Positions 12,701-25,812 of a DNA stretch of 64,000 bases are shown here, in pieces. Within the stretch, counting starts at the first letter, position 1; every line of letters starts with the position of its first letter. The notes under the pieces are model-generated. The model did not search any database and was not told the DNA's origin. It was given only the letters and a program-made list of their open reading frames with translations. The position numbers were made by a program, and so were the translations under genes. Source of the stretch: Chiloscyllium plagiosum (taxonomy: Eukaryota). Where the stretch lies: NCBI RefSeq assembly GCF_004010195.1, contig NC_057715.1:12784409-12848408 (forward strand). The letters are read 5' to 3'.

Positions 12701-13679
12701 ACAGTATCAGTAAGAGCGACCACCACACAATCTTTGTGGAGACAAAGTCCCGACTTTGCATGAGAAACCTTACTTTATGTTGCGTGGCACTATCACTGTT
12801 CTGAGTGGTAGAGCATCTATCAACTCAAGACTGGGCATCAATAAGGCATTGTGGACCGTCAGCAACAGTAGAATTGTAGTGCAACACATTCTGCTGCCTT
12901 ATGGCCTGGCATATCCTCACCCTATCACTACCATCATCTTGGAGGTCAATCCTGGTGAAACAAAGAATTCAGGAAAAGTACCAGGAGTGAACAGGACTAC
13001 CTATGTGTCAAATAGCATACACAGCAAATGATAGATGGAACTAAGCAATTCCACAAGCAACATTCTAAGCTCTGTAGTCCTGCCACATCCAGTCATGAAT
13101 GACGATGGACAATTAAACAACTAATTGAGGAGGAGGCTCCACAAACATCCCCATCTGCTATGATAGGGTCCCCACAAGAACCCAAAATATCAACTGAAGC
13201 ATTTACAACAGTTTTCAGCCAGAAATGCTGAGTGTATGATTCATTTCAGCTTCTTTCAGACATCCCCAGCATCACAGATACCAGTCTTCAGCCAATTTAA
13301 TTCACTCCTTGTGATATTAAGAAATGAAGGCACTGGATTGTTGCAAAGACAGGGATCTGCAAAGATATGGACCTGACAACATTCCGGCAGTAATACTGAA
13401 GACTTTTGCTCCAGAACTTGCTGCTCCTCTAGCCAAGCTGTTCCAGTACAGTTACAACACTGGCATAAATCTGACAATGTGGAAACTTGTCCAGACGTGT
13501 CCTGTAACGAAAAGACAGGGCAAATCCAATCCAGCCAATTACTGTCTCAAAACTAGTCTCAATCATCAGTAAAGTAATAGAAAGAGTCATCAACAGCGCC
13601 ATCAAACAACTCTTGTTTAGCAATAACCTGCTCACTGCCATTTAGTTTGGGTTCTACCCATAGTCCATGTCCAAATGCA

Positions 13680-13980
13680 GCAAGACTTAGAACCCAGGTT
13701 CAATTTCACCCTCAGGCAAATTGCATATTCTCCCCATTTCTGCGTGAGTTTGATCCGGATGCTCCAGTTTCGTCCTGCAGTCCAAAAATGTGCAGGTTAG
13801 GTGGATTGGCCATGCTAAATTGCCCATAGTGTCCAGGGACTTTTAGATGGATTAGCCATGGAAAATGCAATGGTACAGAGATAGAGTAGGGAGTTTAGTC
13901 TGGTTGGGATGCTGTTCAGAGGGTCAGTTTGGACTTGTTGGGCCAAATAGCCTGTTTCTACACTGTAGAGATTTTATTGT
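13680..13980 (+). mobile_element. HE1-type V-SINE (decayed)
   Basis: caggttcaatttc B-box, V-domain, ggattggccatgctaaattgccc, CR1-like tail. Confidence 0.85.
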
Positions 13981-14347
13981 TTCTCTGAAAATGTTCAAGG
14001 TCAAGTTGATAAGTGGTAAATAACTTTTGCATCACACAAGTGCTGGTAATGGCCATCTCCAACAAGAAGGAATCTAACCATAGCTCCTTGACACTTGATG
14101 ACATTACCAACATGGAATCTCATACTATCTTGAGGGCTATCATTGACAAGAAACTGAACTGAATATATAAATATTGTGGTTACAAGAACAGGTCAAAGCT
14201 TGTAAGCCCGCTATGGGTAACTCAACTCCTGACTCTCCAAAGCCTGTCCACCATCTACATGGTACAAGTCAGGTGTATTCATTCCCATTTGCCTGGATGA
14301 GTACAGCTCCAACATTACTCGGAAATGTTGACACCATTCAGGACAAA

Positions 14348-14752
14348 GGTGAGGACTGCAAATGCAGGAAATCAGAGTCTAGATTAGAGTGGTGCTGGAA
14401 AAGCACAGCAGATCAGGTAGCATCCGAGGAGCAGGGAAATCGACGTTTTGGGCAAAATTCCTTCATCAGAAATGAAGGCAGGAAGCCTCCAGGGTGGAGA
14501 GATAAATGGAAGGGGGGTGGGGCTGGGGAGAAGGTAGCAAAGAGTACAATAGGTGGATGGGGGTGGGGATGAAGGTAACAGGTCAGAGAGGAGAATGGAG
14601 CAGATAGATGGGAAGGAAGCTTGGCAGGTAGGACAGGTCATGAGGATGGTGCTGAGTTGGAAGTTTGGAAGTGGGGTAAGATAGGAAAGGGAAATGAGGA
14701 AACTGGTGAAGTCCACATTGATGTCCTGGGGTTGAAGTCTTCCGAGGCAGAA
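14348..14752 (-). mobile_element. Penelope-like element 3' end: GIY-YIG C-terminus, pyrimidine-rich UTR and decayed hammerhead
   Basis: Minus strand at about 14752-14695 reads FCLGRLQPQDINVDFTSFLIS, matching the PLE endonuclease C-terminus (..LGTL.P.G.N.); continues into the same terminal arm as the palindromic elements. Confidence 0.8.
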
Positions 14753-15423
14753 GTAAAGCAGTCTGCTTGATTGGCACCACGTTCACAAATATTCACACTC
14801 TCCACCATTGATGCTCAGTAGCAGTAACAATATCCACTGCAGAAATTCACAAAGGCTCCTTAGACAGCACCTTCCAAATCCATGACGACTTCCGTCTGGA
14901 GGGACAAGTGCAGAAGGTGCTTTGAAACACCATCACCTGCAAGTTCCCCTCCAAGCTGCTCACCATCCTGACCCCCCTCACTGTCGCTGATTAAGATCCT
15001 GGAATTCCATCCCTAAGCGCATTGTGGGCCTACCTACACCAAATGTAGCAATTGAAGGAGGCAGCTCAATGTAGCAATTGAAGGAGGCAGCTCAACACTA
15101 CCTTCTCACGTAGCGACAGGCTGGCCCAGCCAGTGATACCAATTTCGCATGAATAATGTTTTTTTTTTAAATCTATGCCAGTAGACAATAGAGGAAGTAG
15201 TAGAACACAGGTCTTTGTGGGAGATAGGCAAAGTAGCAGCGACAGACTGATTGTGAGGTACTGGAGGGGAGGTGATGGGCAGTTACGCAGTTGGAGCAGA
15301 GGGGTCATTGATGTTCTTCACACAGTGCTGTGCATTCCTCCATATGGCTGTATCCTGTGTGGCAAACCCGAACCAGCCCGACATGTTCTGGTATCGTGGC
15401 CTTCACCTATCAGCCCCATCCTG

Positions 15424-15554
15424 GGAGAAAGTGAGGACTGCAGATGCTGGAGATCAGAGCCAAAAGGTGTGGCGCTGGAAAAGCACAGCAGGTCAGGCAG
15501 CATCTGAGGAGCAGGAGAGTCGATGTTTCGAGCAGAAGCTCTTCATCAGCCCTT
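15424..15554 (-). mobile_element. PLE terminal arm with hammerhead-like core
   Basis: Minus strand CTGATGAaGAGCttctGCTCGAAAcatc; flanked by tatcagccccatcctg (15408-15423) and tatcagccctatcctg (15555-15570). Confidence 0.85.
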
Positions 15555-15799
15555 TATCAGCCCTATCCTGTCCAGCAGATCCTCCAGGGACCTGCCCACA
15601 TAGGAGGGCTCCAATTTCCCCCTCTCTGCCATGTCTAGGGAAAATGTCAGGATTATCTGCAAACACACCAGCATTGAAGATGATACAGGTGCAAGGTATG
15701 CTGGATATCCACTGAGTGGTGACTTAAACTGGGAATGGGTGTGGCATGATGGGGTGGAATTGAAAGACATCATGGGATGGGATAGGTTCTTAATTAGAT

Positions 15800-16400
15800 G
15801 AATTTGGTAAGACAGAGTGAGATACTCACTAGACCTTGCAGTGATAAACTATTTTTAAAAAACACAACATGCCTTGGACTTAGGCAAGGACAAATGAGGA
15901 AGCTATTAGCTTTAGTGATGATAATAAACTAGGTTTAGTTAACAGTCTAACATTGTAGGAACATTATCAAGGTCACATTTGAAAGGGAGAAATGTGAAAC
16001 ATCTATAAAGATCCTAGCTTTATATAAACTTCAATAAGATGAGTCAGAGACTGTTCACAGTTAATTGAAAAAATCTGACAATGGGTAAAACGACAGAAGG
16101 TCAATGGGAAATGTTCAAACAATAATTTAATGTCATATAAAAGCAATTTATATCTCTAAGAGACAAAATCCCTACCTACCAGGATGAAATCAGCCATGGA
16201 CAACAGAGATAAGAAATAACATAGAACTAAAAGAATAAAACGAAGATGCAAAAAGAGTTATGAATCTTGGTAATTAAGAGCGATACAATAAATATGGACA
16301 GAAGAGCTGAGAGGGACTATGGAGAAACTTGCAAGCAATATCAAAATGAGTATGAAGATGATTTTAATTAGGAACAAGAGCAATGTCAGGAGCAATGTTC
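15800..16400 (+). mobile_element. Old CR1 remnant (endonuclease-RT linker)
   Basis: A-rich degenerate CR1 ORF2 similar to 34100-35200. Confidence 0.55.
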
Positions 16401-16781
16401 TTGCTGAACCCAGGCAAAGCTTACACAAGTGGCGTCTTAACAGGTACAAAAGGAACATTAGCTTTTCAGGGATGTGTGAAATGCAGACACACTTCCCATC
16501 ATCCCAAAGCTTCCTCAACCACCAGTGTCTGGGTTTGAACTTTCAGGTCTTGGACTCTCCTAATTATTGAAACAGCAAACAACAGAAAAGCAATTGCTAC
16601 AGGCATTTGGTATCCTGAGAATCATATTCACCTTTAATAGTTTCTCCTAACTTGTTTTCTTCATTGTCAATTTTTGCTATTTCTTCAGAATTCAGGTTCC
16701 TCAGTTCTCTTGTGCAAATTATCTCACCTACTTTTAACGATTTAAGTTGTCTGATTTTACTAGTGAGATCAACCCAATGAT

Positions 16782-16923
16782 ATTTTAATCTTTTTTATTA
16801 ATCTATTTTTCAAACCAATCTGTTCAGAGATCTTAATCCACATCTTTGAAGCAAGTGGGACTTCAACCTGGGCCTCCCATTCAAGGGGCAGGGATACTAC
16901 CACTGCACTACGAGGGCCTTCAG
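16782..16923 (-). mobile_element. Short (about 110 bp) tRNA-derived SINE
   Basis: Minus strand A-box tagtgcagtgg and B-box ggttgaagtccc; same family as 42.7-43.2 kb; 9-bp direct repeat cccaatgat (16773-16781 and 16924-16932). Confidence 0.75.
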
Positions 16924-18679
16924 CCCAATGATGAACTCTGCATATTAACCAGAAATGTCTGTTTTCAACTTATGAATATTGGCATGATTAAAGGTGGTAT
17001 GAGTGTGCAGTGTTGTCTAGGAGTTATTGGATAAGTGTCAAAAAGGGGTCAAAACTATGGAGTGACATAAGCTACCACCACATTACCCTCAGTCAAAATC
17101 TCTCTCCCAGACAATTTTTGGAGGAGATGGAGAGACAAAGAGAGACACAATCTAGAGTCCTGCCCATTACCACCTCCCCACTATCCTGCTTTCTGTGTTC
17201 CCTGCATTGTCTTGCTGTCCATGACTGCTGACCCAAGGCATGGGTGGGAATGGCATCAGATGGAAGGAGTTGTGTGCTCTCCGTCTTGTATTCTGTCTCA
17301 TCTACTCAGCCCTTGGACTCTGCTATGGTCTTTGATGTACACAACCCGGTTTTCAGGGCTCTGAATGATCTCTAATGTATATTGAAGGACCTTCTCTACC
17401 TGCATATTCAATGATGGGCTCCTAGTTGCTAGCTACAACCTTCTGAAAGTTGTGAGTTCCTATGACCCCAGCTCCAGAGAAAAGACTTCAGGTCGTTTAG
17501 GGGTGAGACCAGTGATTGAAAGTCCCATCCTGATCCTACAGGCTAGGGAAAATCCAATAAAAGATCACAATGATTCTGTAGCTCATCTTTTCTTTCCTTA
17601 TATCCTTCAAATTGCCAGAGAAACTCACTCAAAATATTTGAAGGTGCTGCCTGCCTTTCAGGTGAAACCATAAAATGCAGTTCTGTAAATTTATAAAACA
17701 GATGGTTAAGAATGACCATTTCAGTGTGAAAAATCTATCCAGAAAGAAAGTGAGAGAAAACCTCTGCCAAAATGCCTACACATACGGCAGTGCTTGTTGA
17801 TGTCTTGCAATACATGCTTAAGGATTAGCTCAATTTTTTCCCCTCTGGAGTAATGTTTGGGCGCTCCACCTGCTCACCTGAAAGAATCAGGAGCTGATTA
17901 AAGTTACAAAGAAATGGTGCTTCCTCATTAATTTTAATTAGAACCAATTTTCTCTCTGAACTCCAAAGTCCACAAAAAGTGATGAGAGGAAATGGGACAT
18001 ATTTAACCTCCTTTTCCCGAGTGCATAAATATTTTATTCTCTCCAACATCGCCCAGTCCTTTCACTCCTCTCTCTTCGCATTTTTATATAACACCTATTG
18101 AGATTTAACTTCTCTGTTGTCCATGGTGAAGCAGAAAGATAGATCTCCTGGAATGTTGTATGTTGGTACATCTTTCAGAATAGGCATGAATTTCATAAAT
18201 GGATAGATTATCTATGTTTGTTTAGGTTTTTGTGAAATGTTTAGGTCTGTCGGGAGCTGAGACTGCCAAAAGCCACATGATATGCTGCAGCTTCTGAAAA
18301 CATTCTGTGTTAACTTGTTCAAAAAAATAAAGCAGTAAGTTTGTAATATCATCATGTGTATAAACTGGGCATAACAAGAAGGATACAAAATACGTGTTCA
18401 TAACTTGTGCTATTTCCATGATTCCCATTACTAATTCCCCTATCAGCCTCTAAGGGACAAATGTTCACCGTTGTCATTATTTTGTTTCTTTATATATTTG
18501 TAGGAGCTTTTATTGTCTGTCTTTATATTTTGCTAGTTTTCTTTTGTACTCTAATTTTTCCTTTCTTTTAAGTCATCTTTTACTTGTGTCTAAAACTTTT
18601 CCAATCTCCTGACTGACTATTAACCTTTGAAAGAAAAAAACATTTAAAGTTGCAATTTTCATAATCCATAATCCATAGT

Positions 18680-19000
18680 TGCATAATTCCAACCAAACCT
18701 ATCTCCAAACTCAAAGACCGAGGACTCTGCTTACCCCTCTGCAACTGGATCCTTGACTTCCTGACCTGCTGACCACAATCAGTAAGATAGGCGACAACAC
18801 CTCCTCAATAATCCTCAATACGAGTCCCCGGCAAGGTTGCGTACTCAGCTGCCTACTGTACTCCTTATACACTCATGACTGTGTGGCCAAATTACACCTC
18901 AACTCCATTTGCAAGTTTACCGGTGACAACTCCATTGTAGGTCAGATCTCAAACGACAGGAAAGAGATTGAGTGCTTAGCAGTATGGTGTAAAGAGACAA
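18680..19000 (+). mobile_element. Rex1/Babar-type LINE RT fragment
   Basis: Translates to LCNWILDFLT...QGCVLSCLLYSLYTHDCVAK..SICKFTGDNSIVGQIS, typical of Rex1 RT. Confidence 0.8.
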
Positions 19001-19114
19001 CTGCCCCAAACTTTAGTCCATCTCTCAGCACTATGCCAGACTGCAACACTCAAGCAAGGTCAACGCTTTATGCTAGAAGACTGGCAGGTTTCAGGCAAAC
19101 CAAGGAGCATCTTG

Positions 19115-19372
19115 GGTGGCACGGTGGCACAGTGGTTAGCAATGATGCCTCACAGCGCCAGAGACCCGGGTTCAATTCCCGCCTCAGGCGACTGACTGTG
19201 TGGAGTTTGCACATTCTCCCCGTGTCTGCATGGATTTCCTCCGGGTGCTCTGGTTTCCTCCCACAGTCCAAACAAAAATGTGCAGGTTAGGTGAATTGGC
19301 CATGCTAAATTGCCTGTAGTATTAGGTAAGGGGTAAATGTAGGGGTGGGTTGCGCTTCGGCGGATCGGTGTG
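19115..19372 (+). mobile_element. HE1-type V-SINE, 3'-truncated, abutting a PLE arm remnant (about 19377-19445)
   Basis: ggcacggtggcacagtggttagc..gggttcaattccc..V-domain, followed by ctgtgcttttccagcaccactctaatc. Confidence 0.9.
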
Positions 19373-20479
19373 AACTACTGTGCTTTTCCAGCACCACTCT
19401 AATCAAGAATCTGGTTTCCAGCATCTGCAGTCATTGTTTTTACCGAAGAAACACCAACACCCCAACCTCAGCCACAGTAACCTGCTTACATTTACATTAT
19501 AAGGTAAAACTGGAAAACTTTACTGAACCATCCAATGGATTGTATGATTATTGCAGAACCAGCCAGTGAACTTACCCTATTAACCATGAATCAACTAGTA
19601 GAATTTGCTGTTTATTGGAGAACTGGTCAAATGATTTACCAGATAATGTTAAATAGGTGTTTGGAGTCACTACAAGTTTTTTTTCTCTTCCCAACTGAGG
19701 ATTAAGACAAAAATACTGTCTTGGAAACAGATACTAAAAGTGACAGCCACGAAGATCTTCTCAAGTCACATATCAGTGAGATGGGCAGATACAAATCCCT
19801 AGATTTGCCAAATTGGAGTCGGTTCTTAAACATTCCGATCTGAATTTCATCAGCACATGAAAGTATACTCCATGGAATTTAAAAATGATATTGTAGAAGT
19901 TTTGTGGAGCTTACTGAAGATTTTATAATTGAGCTTTGGGATTTCTCCCATTTCTATAATTGCTGATGTTTAATCTCAGCTTTCAAGCATTTTATCAAAT
20001 ATGAACAAAGATCTGTTACAACTACTTAATGAATCATTTCCCCAAACATGTACCTGTCAGCTTTTCCAGCATCTGCAGGATCTGTTCCAATTGTTTCCCT
20101 GGTGATAATGGAGCTCTCCTGAAACATTTTATACAAAAGGTATGAAAAAGTAAGAAAAATGTAATAAGAAATGTTATTGTCCATTGCACTTGAGAACCAA
20201 ACCAATCAGGTTTCAGATCTCTTGCTTGTGTCACTCTACCATTTCTGGGTTTCACCCAAGGTGATTTGTACAGTTTAAAAATCAGAATGATTGAATGGAG
20301 CTTAATCCCAGTGAGAGTGCAGAGTTGGAAATTATGTGAACTCAGTTCTGAGGTTAAAATCACAGAGTTGCAGACTTGAGCATTGCTGCTAATATTAGCC
20401 CCAATGAGAGAAATTCAACTTGATTGCACCGCATGGGTGGACATTTGAAGATTATTACTGGTACCTTAGAAATTCTAAC

Positions 20480-21830
20480 ATCATGAAGAATAGGTGTGGA
20501 TGTAGGCTATTTAGCACATGAAGCCTGTTCTACCATTCACTAAAAGCATTATTGATTTGCTTATGACCTCAACATATTCCCGGTAGACCTTCAGGGTGAT
20601 CAAAGATTTGTCCAATTCAACCCTTAAAACATTAAACAACACAGCATCAACTGCGCTCTGGTTTGAGAATTCCAAGGGTGACCAACCCTCAGAGGGAAGA
20701 AATTCTTTCTTATCTCTGTCTTAAAAGAAAAATCCCTTATTTTAAACTGTATTCAATATTCTAGATGCCCCATAAATGGAAATATTCTCTCAGCAGCCAC
20801 TCTGTCAAGTCCTGAGGATCTTATGTTTCAATAAAATCATCTATTCCTCAATGAGTATAGACCCAACCTACACAGTCTTTCCCATAAGACAACTCCTTCA
20901 TCAGAGGAATCAACCAAGTGAACCATCTCTGAACTGTCTCCAATGTTAGTATATCCCTCCTTAAGTAAAGTAACCAAACTATATTTCATTTACCTTCCTA
21001 ATTACTTTCTGTTCTCGCATGCTAGCAGTTTGTGATTCATGTATTAGAGCACCAGCGTCCCCCTCTGTATTGCAGGAGTCTCACACCATTTAATAATATT
21101 TAGTTTTCTGTTTCTTCTCTCAAAGTGGACAAGCTCACACTTTCCCACACTTTACTCCATTTGATTTTTCTTTTGACTACTCACTTATCCATTCTTTGTA
21201 GACTCCATATCCTCCAAACAAATTGCATTTGTTACTTTTGTATTTATTGTCAGCATGTTTTTCTACAATACAGTTGGTCCCTTCAACCAAGTCATCGATA
21301 TAGACCATAAATAGTTGGGCACCAGTCTTTGTGATATTTCATTAGTTATAGTTTGCCAACCTGAAAATGATTAATTCATACATAAGTCTTTGATTCCTAT
21401 AAGTTAGGCATTCCTCTTTTTACGCTAATATATTACTCCCAACAGCATGAGCTCATACCTTGTGTAGTAACCTTTTATGTGACATCTTATTGAATGTTCT
21501 TTGGTAATCCAAATACAATTGTGTAAAAATATAACACTAAAATAACGCTGCATACAATACTGGTTCCCCTTTATCCACTCTGCTTGTTACCCCCTCGAAG
21601 ATACTAAACAATTTGACAAACACAACTTTCCTTTCACAAAACCAAGTTGCTTCTACCTGAATGTGTGATGATTTTATAAATAGCCCACTATTATATCTTT
21701 AAAAATGAATACTGACATTTTCCCATTGACAGATATTTAAATTAATTGACTTACAAATACCTGCTTTCTGTTTCCCTTCTTTCTCAAATTAAAATGTCAC
21801 CTTTCTAGTTTTCCTATGCATTATGACTGC
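20480..21830 (-). mobile_element. Old CR1 fragment(s)
   Basis: CR1 tail at about 20480-20560; RT-region sequence (ggttccccttt, ctttcacaaaacca) further right. Confidence 0.7.
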
Positions 21831-21899
21831 AATGTTAATCCATTTAACTTTATTTCATACTTTTTCTAATTTATACCATTAATCAATGTAACTTGTTAC

Positions 21900-22030
21900 T
21901 TCTTTATTTCTCTTTTTTTTAATCTAAGACTTGGACTAAGGTACTGAGGGGATACATTGTAAACTTTTCACTGTACTCCTGTACTTCTGTACTTGAGTAC
22001 ACATAACAATAAACGTAATTCTAATTCTAA
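21900..22030 (+). mobile_element. Rex1-like 3' tail fragment
   Basis: cttttcactgtact...ttgagtacacataacaataaa plus (aattct)n; same tail as the minus element at 58640. Confidence 0.6.
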
Positions 22031-22059
22031 AGGACATTTTCAGAATCAAGAGAATTTTG

Positions 22060-22500
22060 GAACTTGAGTCCACGAGCGAGGGTAGCACACCTTGCGCAGA
22101 ACAACCCAACACTTCCTGACCTGATATACTGAGGGACAGTACACTTTTGGAGATGTTTCAGGAACTTTCAGGAGAAATATTAAAATGAGGCCTATTCTGC
22201 CTTCTCAGATGAAAATGAAAGATCCGTGACAGAATTCAGTGAACAACAAAGGAGTTCCCTGCAGTGACCCGACCAATATTCATGCTTCAACCAAGACCTA
22301 GGTGAGCTGACATGGTCGTTTACTTCATTGCTTTTTTTGGGAGTTTCTTGTTCACTAAGAGGCTGCTGAGATTTTTTATATTACAGATGTGACAACACTT
22401 CAAAAGAAAGAAAAGTCTTGCATTTATATTGCTGCTTTTTACCATGAACAAAATCACTTTGCAGCCAAATAAGGTGCCGTTGCAATGTCAGAAAGCACTT
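22060..22500 (+). mobile_element. Deu-domain SINE (SacSINE1/AmnSINE-related), with a short opposite-strand tail remnant at its 3' side
   Basis: ggagttccctgcagtgacccgaccaatattcat..ttcaacca..cattgct..gggag..ggctgc..attaca..gtgac.acacttcaaaag matches the Deu-SINE body. Confidence 0.65.
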
Positions 22501-22784
22501 CGTTGATTGCTTGTAAAAACAATTTATGACATCATTGTGAAAGTTTATCTCCATTCCCTTTCACTCCATTGAAGTACAGCAAGGTTGTTCCCGTCAACAT
22601 TTCTAAACTAACTTCAGTAAATTACTTCAAAAAGGCAGACAATGTTCGAACAACTAATTACAGACTATAGGAGACTGAGACCCAGGATGGAATTTCTCTG
22701 CAAACCCAAACTAATGCCAGGACAGGGTTGTTAGACTGGTCTGCAGGGGAACCAGTGAGCTGCTTCATCAATGATGATGTTCAT

Positions 22785-23555
22785 GACTCCTCAGATGCTG
22801 AAGCAGTCCATTATCAAATGCAACAAGACTTGGACAATACCCAGACTTGGACTGACAAGTGGCATGTGAAATTCGTACCACACAATGACAATCTCCAATA
22901 AAGGACAATCTAACCACTGCCCCTTGACATTCAATGGGGTTACCATCACTCAATGCCCCACTATCAACAACTCACCATATAAACATATTGGTGGCAAGAG
23001 CAGGTCAGAGCCAAGGAATACTGTAGCGAGTAATTCACCTCCTTACTCCCCATAACTTGTCTGCCGTTGACCAGGCACAAGTGTGATGGAATAGTCCCCA
23101 CTTACCTGAACAATACTCAAGAAGCTTGACACCATCCAGTACAAAGAAGCCTTCTTGTTTGACACCACATCCACAAGCATCCATTCCCTCCATCCCAATG
23201 TTCAGTAGCAGCAGTGTGCGCAATCTACAAGATGTACTTAAGAACTTTATCCACAATCCTTATACTTCCAAACCCATGATCATTTCCATCTGGAAGGGCA
23301 AGAGCAGTAGATACATGGGCACACCATCATCTGCAAGCTACTCGCCATCAGGTCTTGGAAATATATCACTGTTCCTTCATTGCCACTGGGTCAAAATCCT
23401 GGAATTCCCTCACTCAGGACATTATGGGGGTACCTACAGCACATGGACTGCAGCAGTTCAAGAAGGCAGCTCATCACCACCTTCTCAAGGGCAACGAGGG
23501 ACGGGCATTAAATGCTGGCCAGCCAGTGAAGCCCAATCCCACAAGTAAATAATAA
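22785..23555 (+). mobile_element. Family-B LINE 3' part
   Basis: gacaagtggca..ttcgtaccacac; FIATGSKSWNSL...QQFKKAAHHHLLKG; tail gggcattaaatgctggccagccagtga. Confidence 0.85.
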
Positions 23556-23589
23556 TAAAAATTGCTTTGGAAGAATCGCTAGCAAGATT

Positions 23590-24330
23590 AACAATTATTG
23601 CCCATACCTAATTACTCTTCAAAAGGTGAAGAACATTCCTTAATTACTGCAGTCAATCTGATGTAAGCATACCAAAAGTACTGTTAGGAAGGATGTGCAG
23701 AATTTTGACCAATTGACATTGAAGTAACAGTGCTGTAATTCCAAGTTAGGATGGTGCACAGCATGGTAGGGAATTTTACAGGCACTACACAGCTGCTTTC
23801 CTATCTATCTTGTTATTGGAGCTTAAATATTTGGAAAGTGTTGTTAAAAGAAGCTTGGCAAGTTGCTGCAGCACATCTCACACATTCAACATGCCTCAGC
23901 TGCTGGGTGCCAGTGGTGAAGGGAGTAAATAATTTCAATGGTGTGCCAATCAAGTTGGTTGCTTCTTTTTGGATGCTGTTGAACCTCTGACATGCTGGTT
24001 GAATCACATTCATTGTCAGATAATACTCATCACATTCTGGATTTGTGTCTTGTAGACAGTCAGCTGGATTTGGGGAGACTGGGGTGGGTTACTCACTGCA
24101 GAATTCCCAGTCCTTGACAAATGTTTTTTTATGTTGATCCAATCAGTTACTTGCCACTTATCATCTTAAGATTACTTTCATGACTTAGGATAGATTGATG
24201 GGATTGTCATTGATTAGACAGGATTGTTAATTGGATGGCATCACTCCCTGCATTTTGGTGTTAATTTTCTTCTGGGCAAGTTGTGTGCATTCCTGGTCTG
24301 CTTAGTAATTCCATTCAAGATGCCAAACGA
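23590..24330 (-). mobile_element. Family-B LINE 3' part, tail-to-tail with the previous copy
   Basis: Reverse-complement match to 22950-23550 (RFNSIQKEATNLIGTP versus KLDTIQ.K...L). Confidence 0.75.
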
Positions 24331-24842
24331 CAATATGAACTCATTTGTATAACGACAGAACGTTCCCACGCAGAAAGTGGTCATATTAATTAATATATTT
24401 CCTCTACATGAATGAATCATCATATTGTGGTAGTAACTATAAAGTCAATACGGGATGAATCATCCGGCTAAAATGGGTTCCTGAACTAGAGCAATGTAAA
24501 ATCCAAACTAGCCTAGGAAAACAATAACTAAATGAGGTCTGTGTAAATGAGTACATTCTTCCAGAACAAAACAAACAGAGAAACAATTGGAGTGTGCAAA
24601 GTTGAGAGATTTGCATACTTGCTAAGTGAAGTTAGTTTAGAATGAATGGAGACTTACTAATAAAAAAGTAAAACTGTGGCTGATGATGGAATAGCTCTAT
24701 GGGGTGAATGGTAGCTATTGTCCTCAGGAGGTAATCTTTCTCTTTCACGGGACAAGAGGGTGCACCTGTCATTTTTTCCTGTTCAGTTACCATGTTCTTA
24801 AAGCGTTGGAAGCAAGACTGCAGCTTCAGCTATGTTATCCAA

Positions 24843-24861
24843 TGTGGCCCTCTAGTGGCCA
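24843..24861 (-). promoter_or_regulatory. CTCF-like binding motif
   Basis: Minus strand TGGCCACTAGAGGGCCACA versus consensus TGGCCACCAGGGGGCGCTA; core CCACTAGAGGGC intact. Confidence 0.6.
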
Positions 24862-25061
24862 CAACTGTTATTAGAGATTGATGTTATTTGACATCAGCTT
24901 TATATTTGCTGCCTTTTTGTAGTTATTCATAGAATGTTGGCAACATAGTCAAGGCCAGAGCTTATTGTACACTCTTACTAGCCCTTGAAAGGGTGCGGCT
25001 GAGCTGTCATCCTGGACTGTGACAGTCCAGGCAGTAAATGTTTCGGTGCTCTAAGATAGGG

Positions 25062-25712
25062 TGTCACAAAGCTACTCCCTTTTTTTCTAAAAGCTGTTCC
25101 TTGGCTCAAGGAGACTTTGCCCTTGATTTCTTTCGGAGGGGCAATAAACCAGGCAGGACTCCAATTAGTCTGGTTTGGTACAGAGATGAAAAGGATTTTG
25201 AGAGGCCTTTTGTTTATATGCAAACAGATGAGACTTCAGGCCAAAGTGGTCATGCTTTAGAAGTGACCTGTATAAAGAGACGGGAGTGGTCAGCTGTCTA
25301 GCTGAGCTGAGCTGAGTAGCTTTTAGTTCAGTCTTGAACTGGGAACTTTAACTGGGAGCTATGTGGAAACTCTCTTTCTTTTCTGCCTTTCAACTTCAAC
25401 CTGTAAGCATGTGTTCCATTTATACTGGGTGTTAAAAGGAATTTGCTTATTGGGACTGTTGTATGTATTCGGAACAGCATAATTAAATCAAGCTGGTTAG
25501 GTTGAGTTCTGTATGCGTTCTTTATTCTGTTCTTTGTGTTTCATTGTGTAATTTTGTGAATAAATGTTTTTGTCTGTTTCAAAATCTAGTAGTTAACCTA
25601 GCTATTTTACTCTGGGTAATTTTCCCTGTACACTTACCGAAACAAATTGCAAACTTAGGTCTAGGGCTGTCTGCTTAAGAATGTTTTGAGTGGTCTGGCC
25701 TGGTCCATAACA
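25062..25712 (+). repeat. 5' LTR (651 bp)
   Basis: tgtcacaaagcta...ccataaca; aataaa at about 25559; direct repeat of 30768-31413. Confidence 0.96.
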
Positions 25713-25715
25713 GAC

Positions 25716-25746
25716 TGGGGGCTCTTTGCAGGAATTTAAACTGCGA
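25716..25746 (+). promoter_or_regulatory. Primer-binding site, tRNA-Pro type (decayed)
   Basis: tgggggctc..ggaatttaaac 3 nt after the LTR; the tRNA-Pro PBS is TGGGGGCTCGTCCGGGAT. Confidence 0.8.
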
Positions 25747-25812
25747 GTGGTGGGCGCTAGTGTCTTTATTTCAAGTGTTGGTTTGGTTGAGTAGACAAAG
25801 CTTGGGATAGTA

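Larger units (their letters stand above)
12705..15155 (+). mobile_element. Family-B CR1/L2-group LINE (internally deleted), interrupted by an HE1 SINE and a PLE fragment
   Basis: SDH-like endonuclease end (agcgaccac, about 12716); RT motif GPDNIPAVILKTFAPELAAPLAKLFQYSYNTG...KSNPANY (ORF 13324-13572); 3' tail near 15120-15155. Confidence 0.85.
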
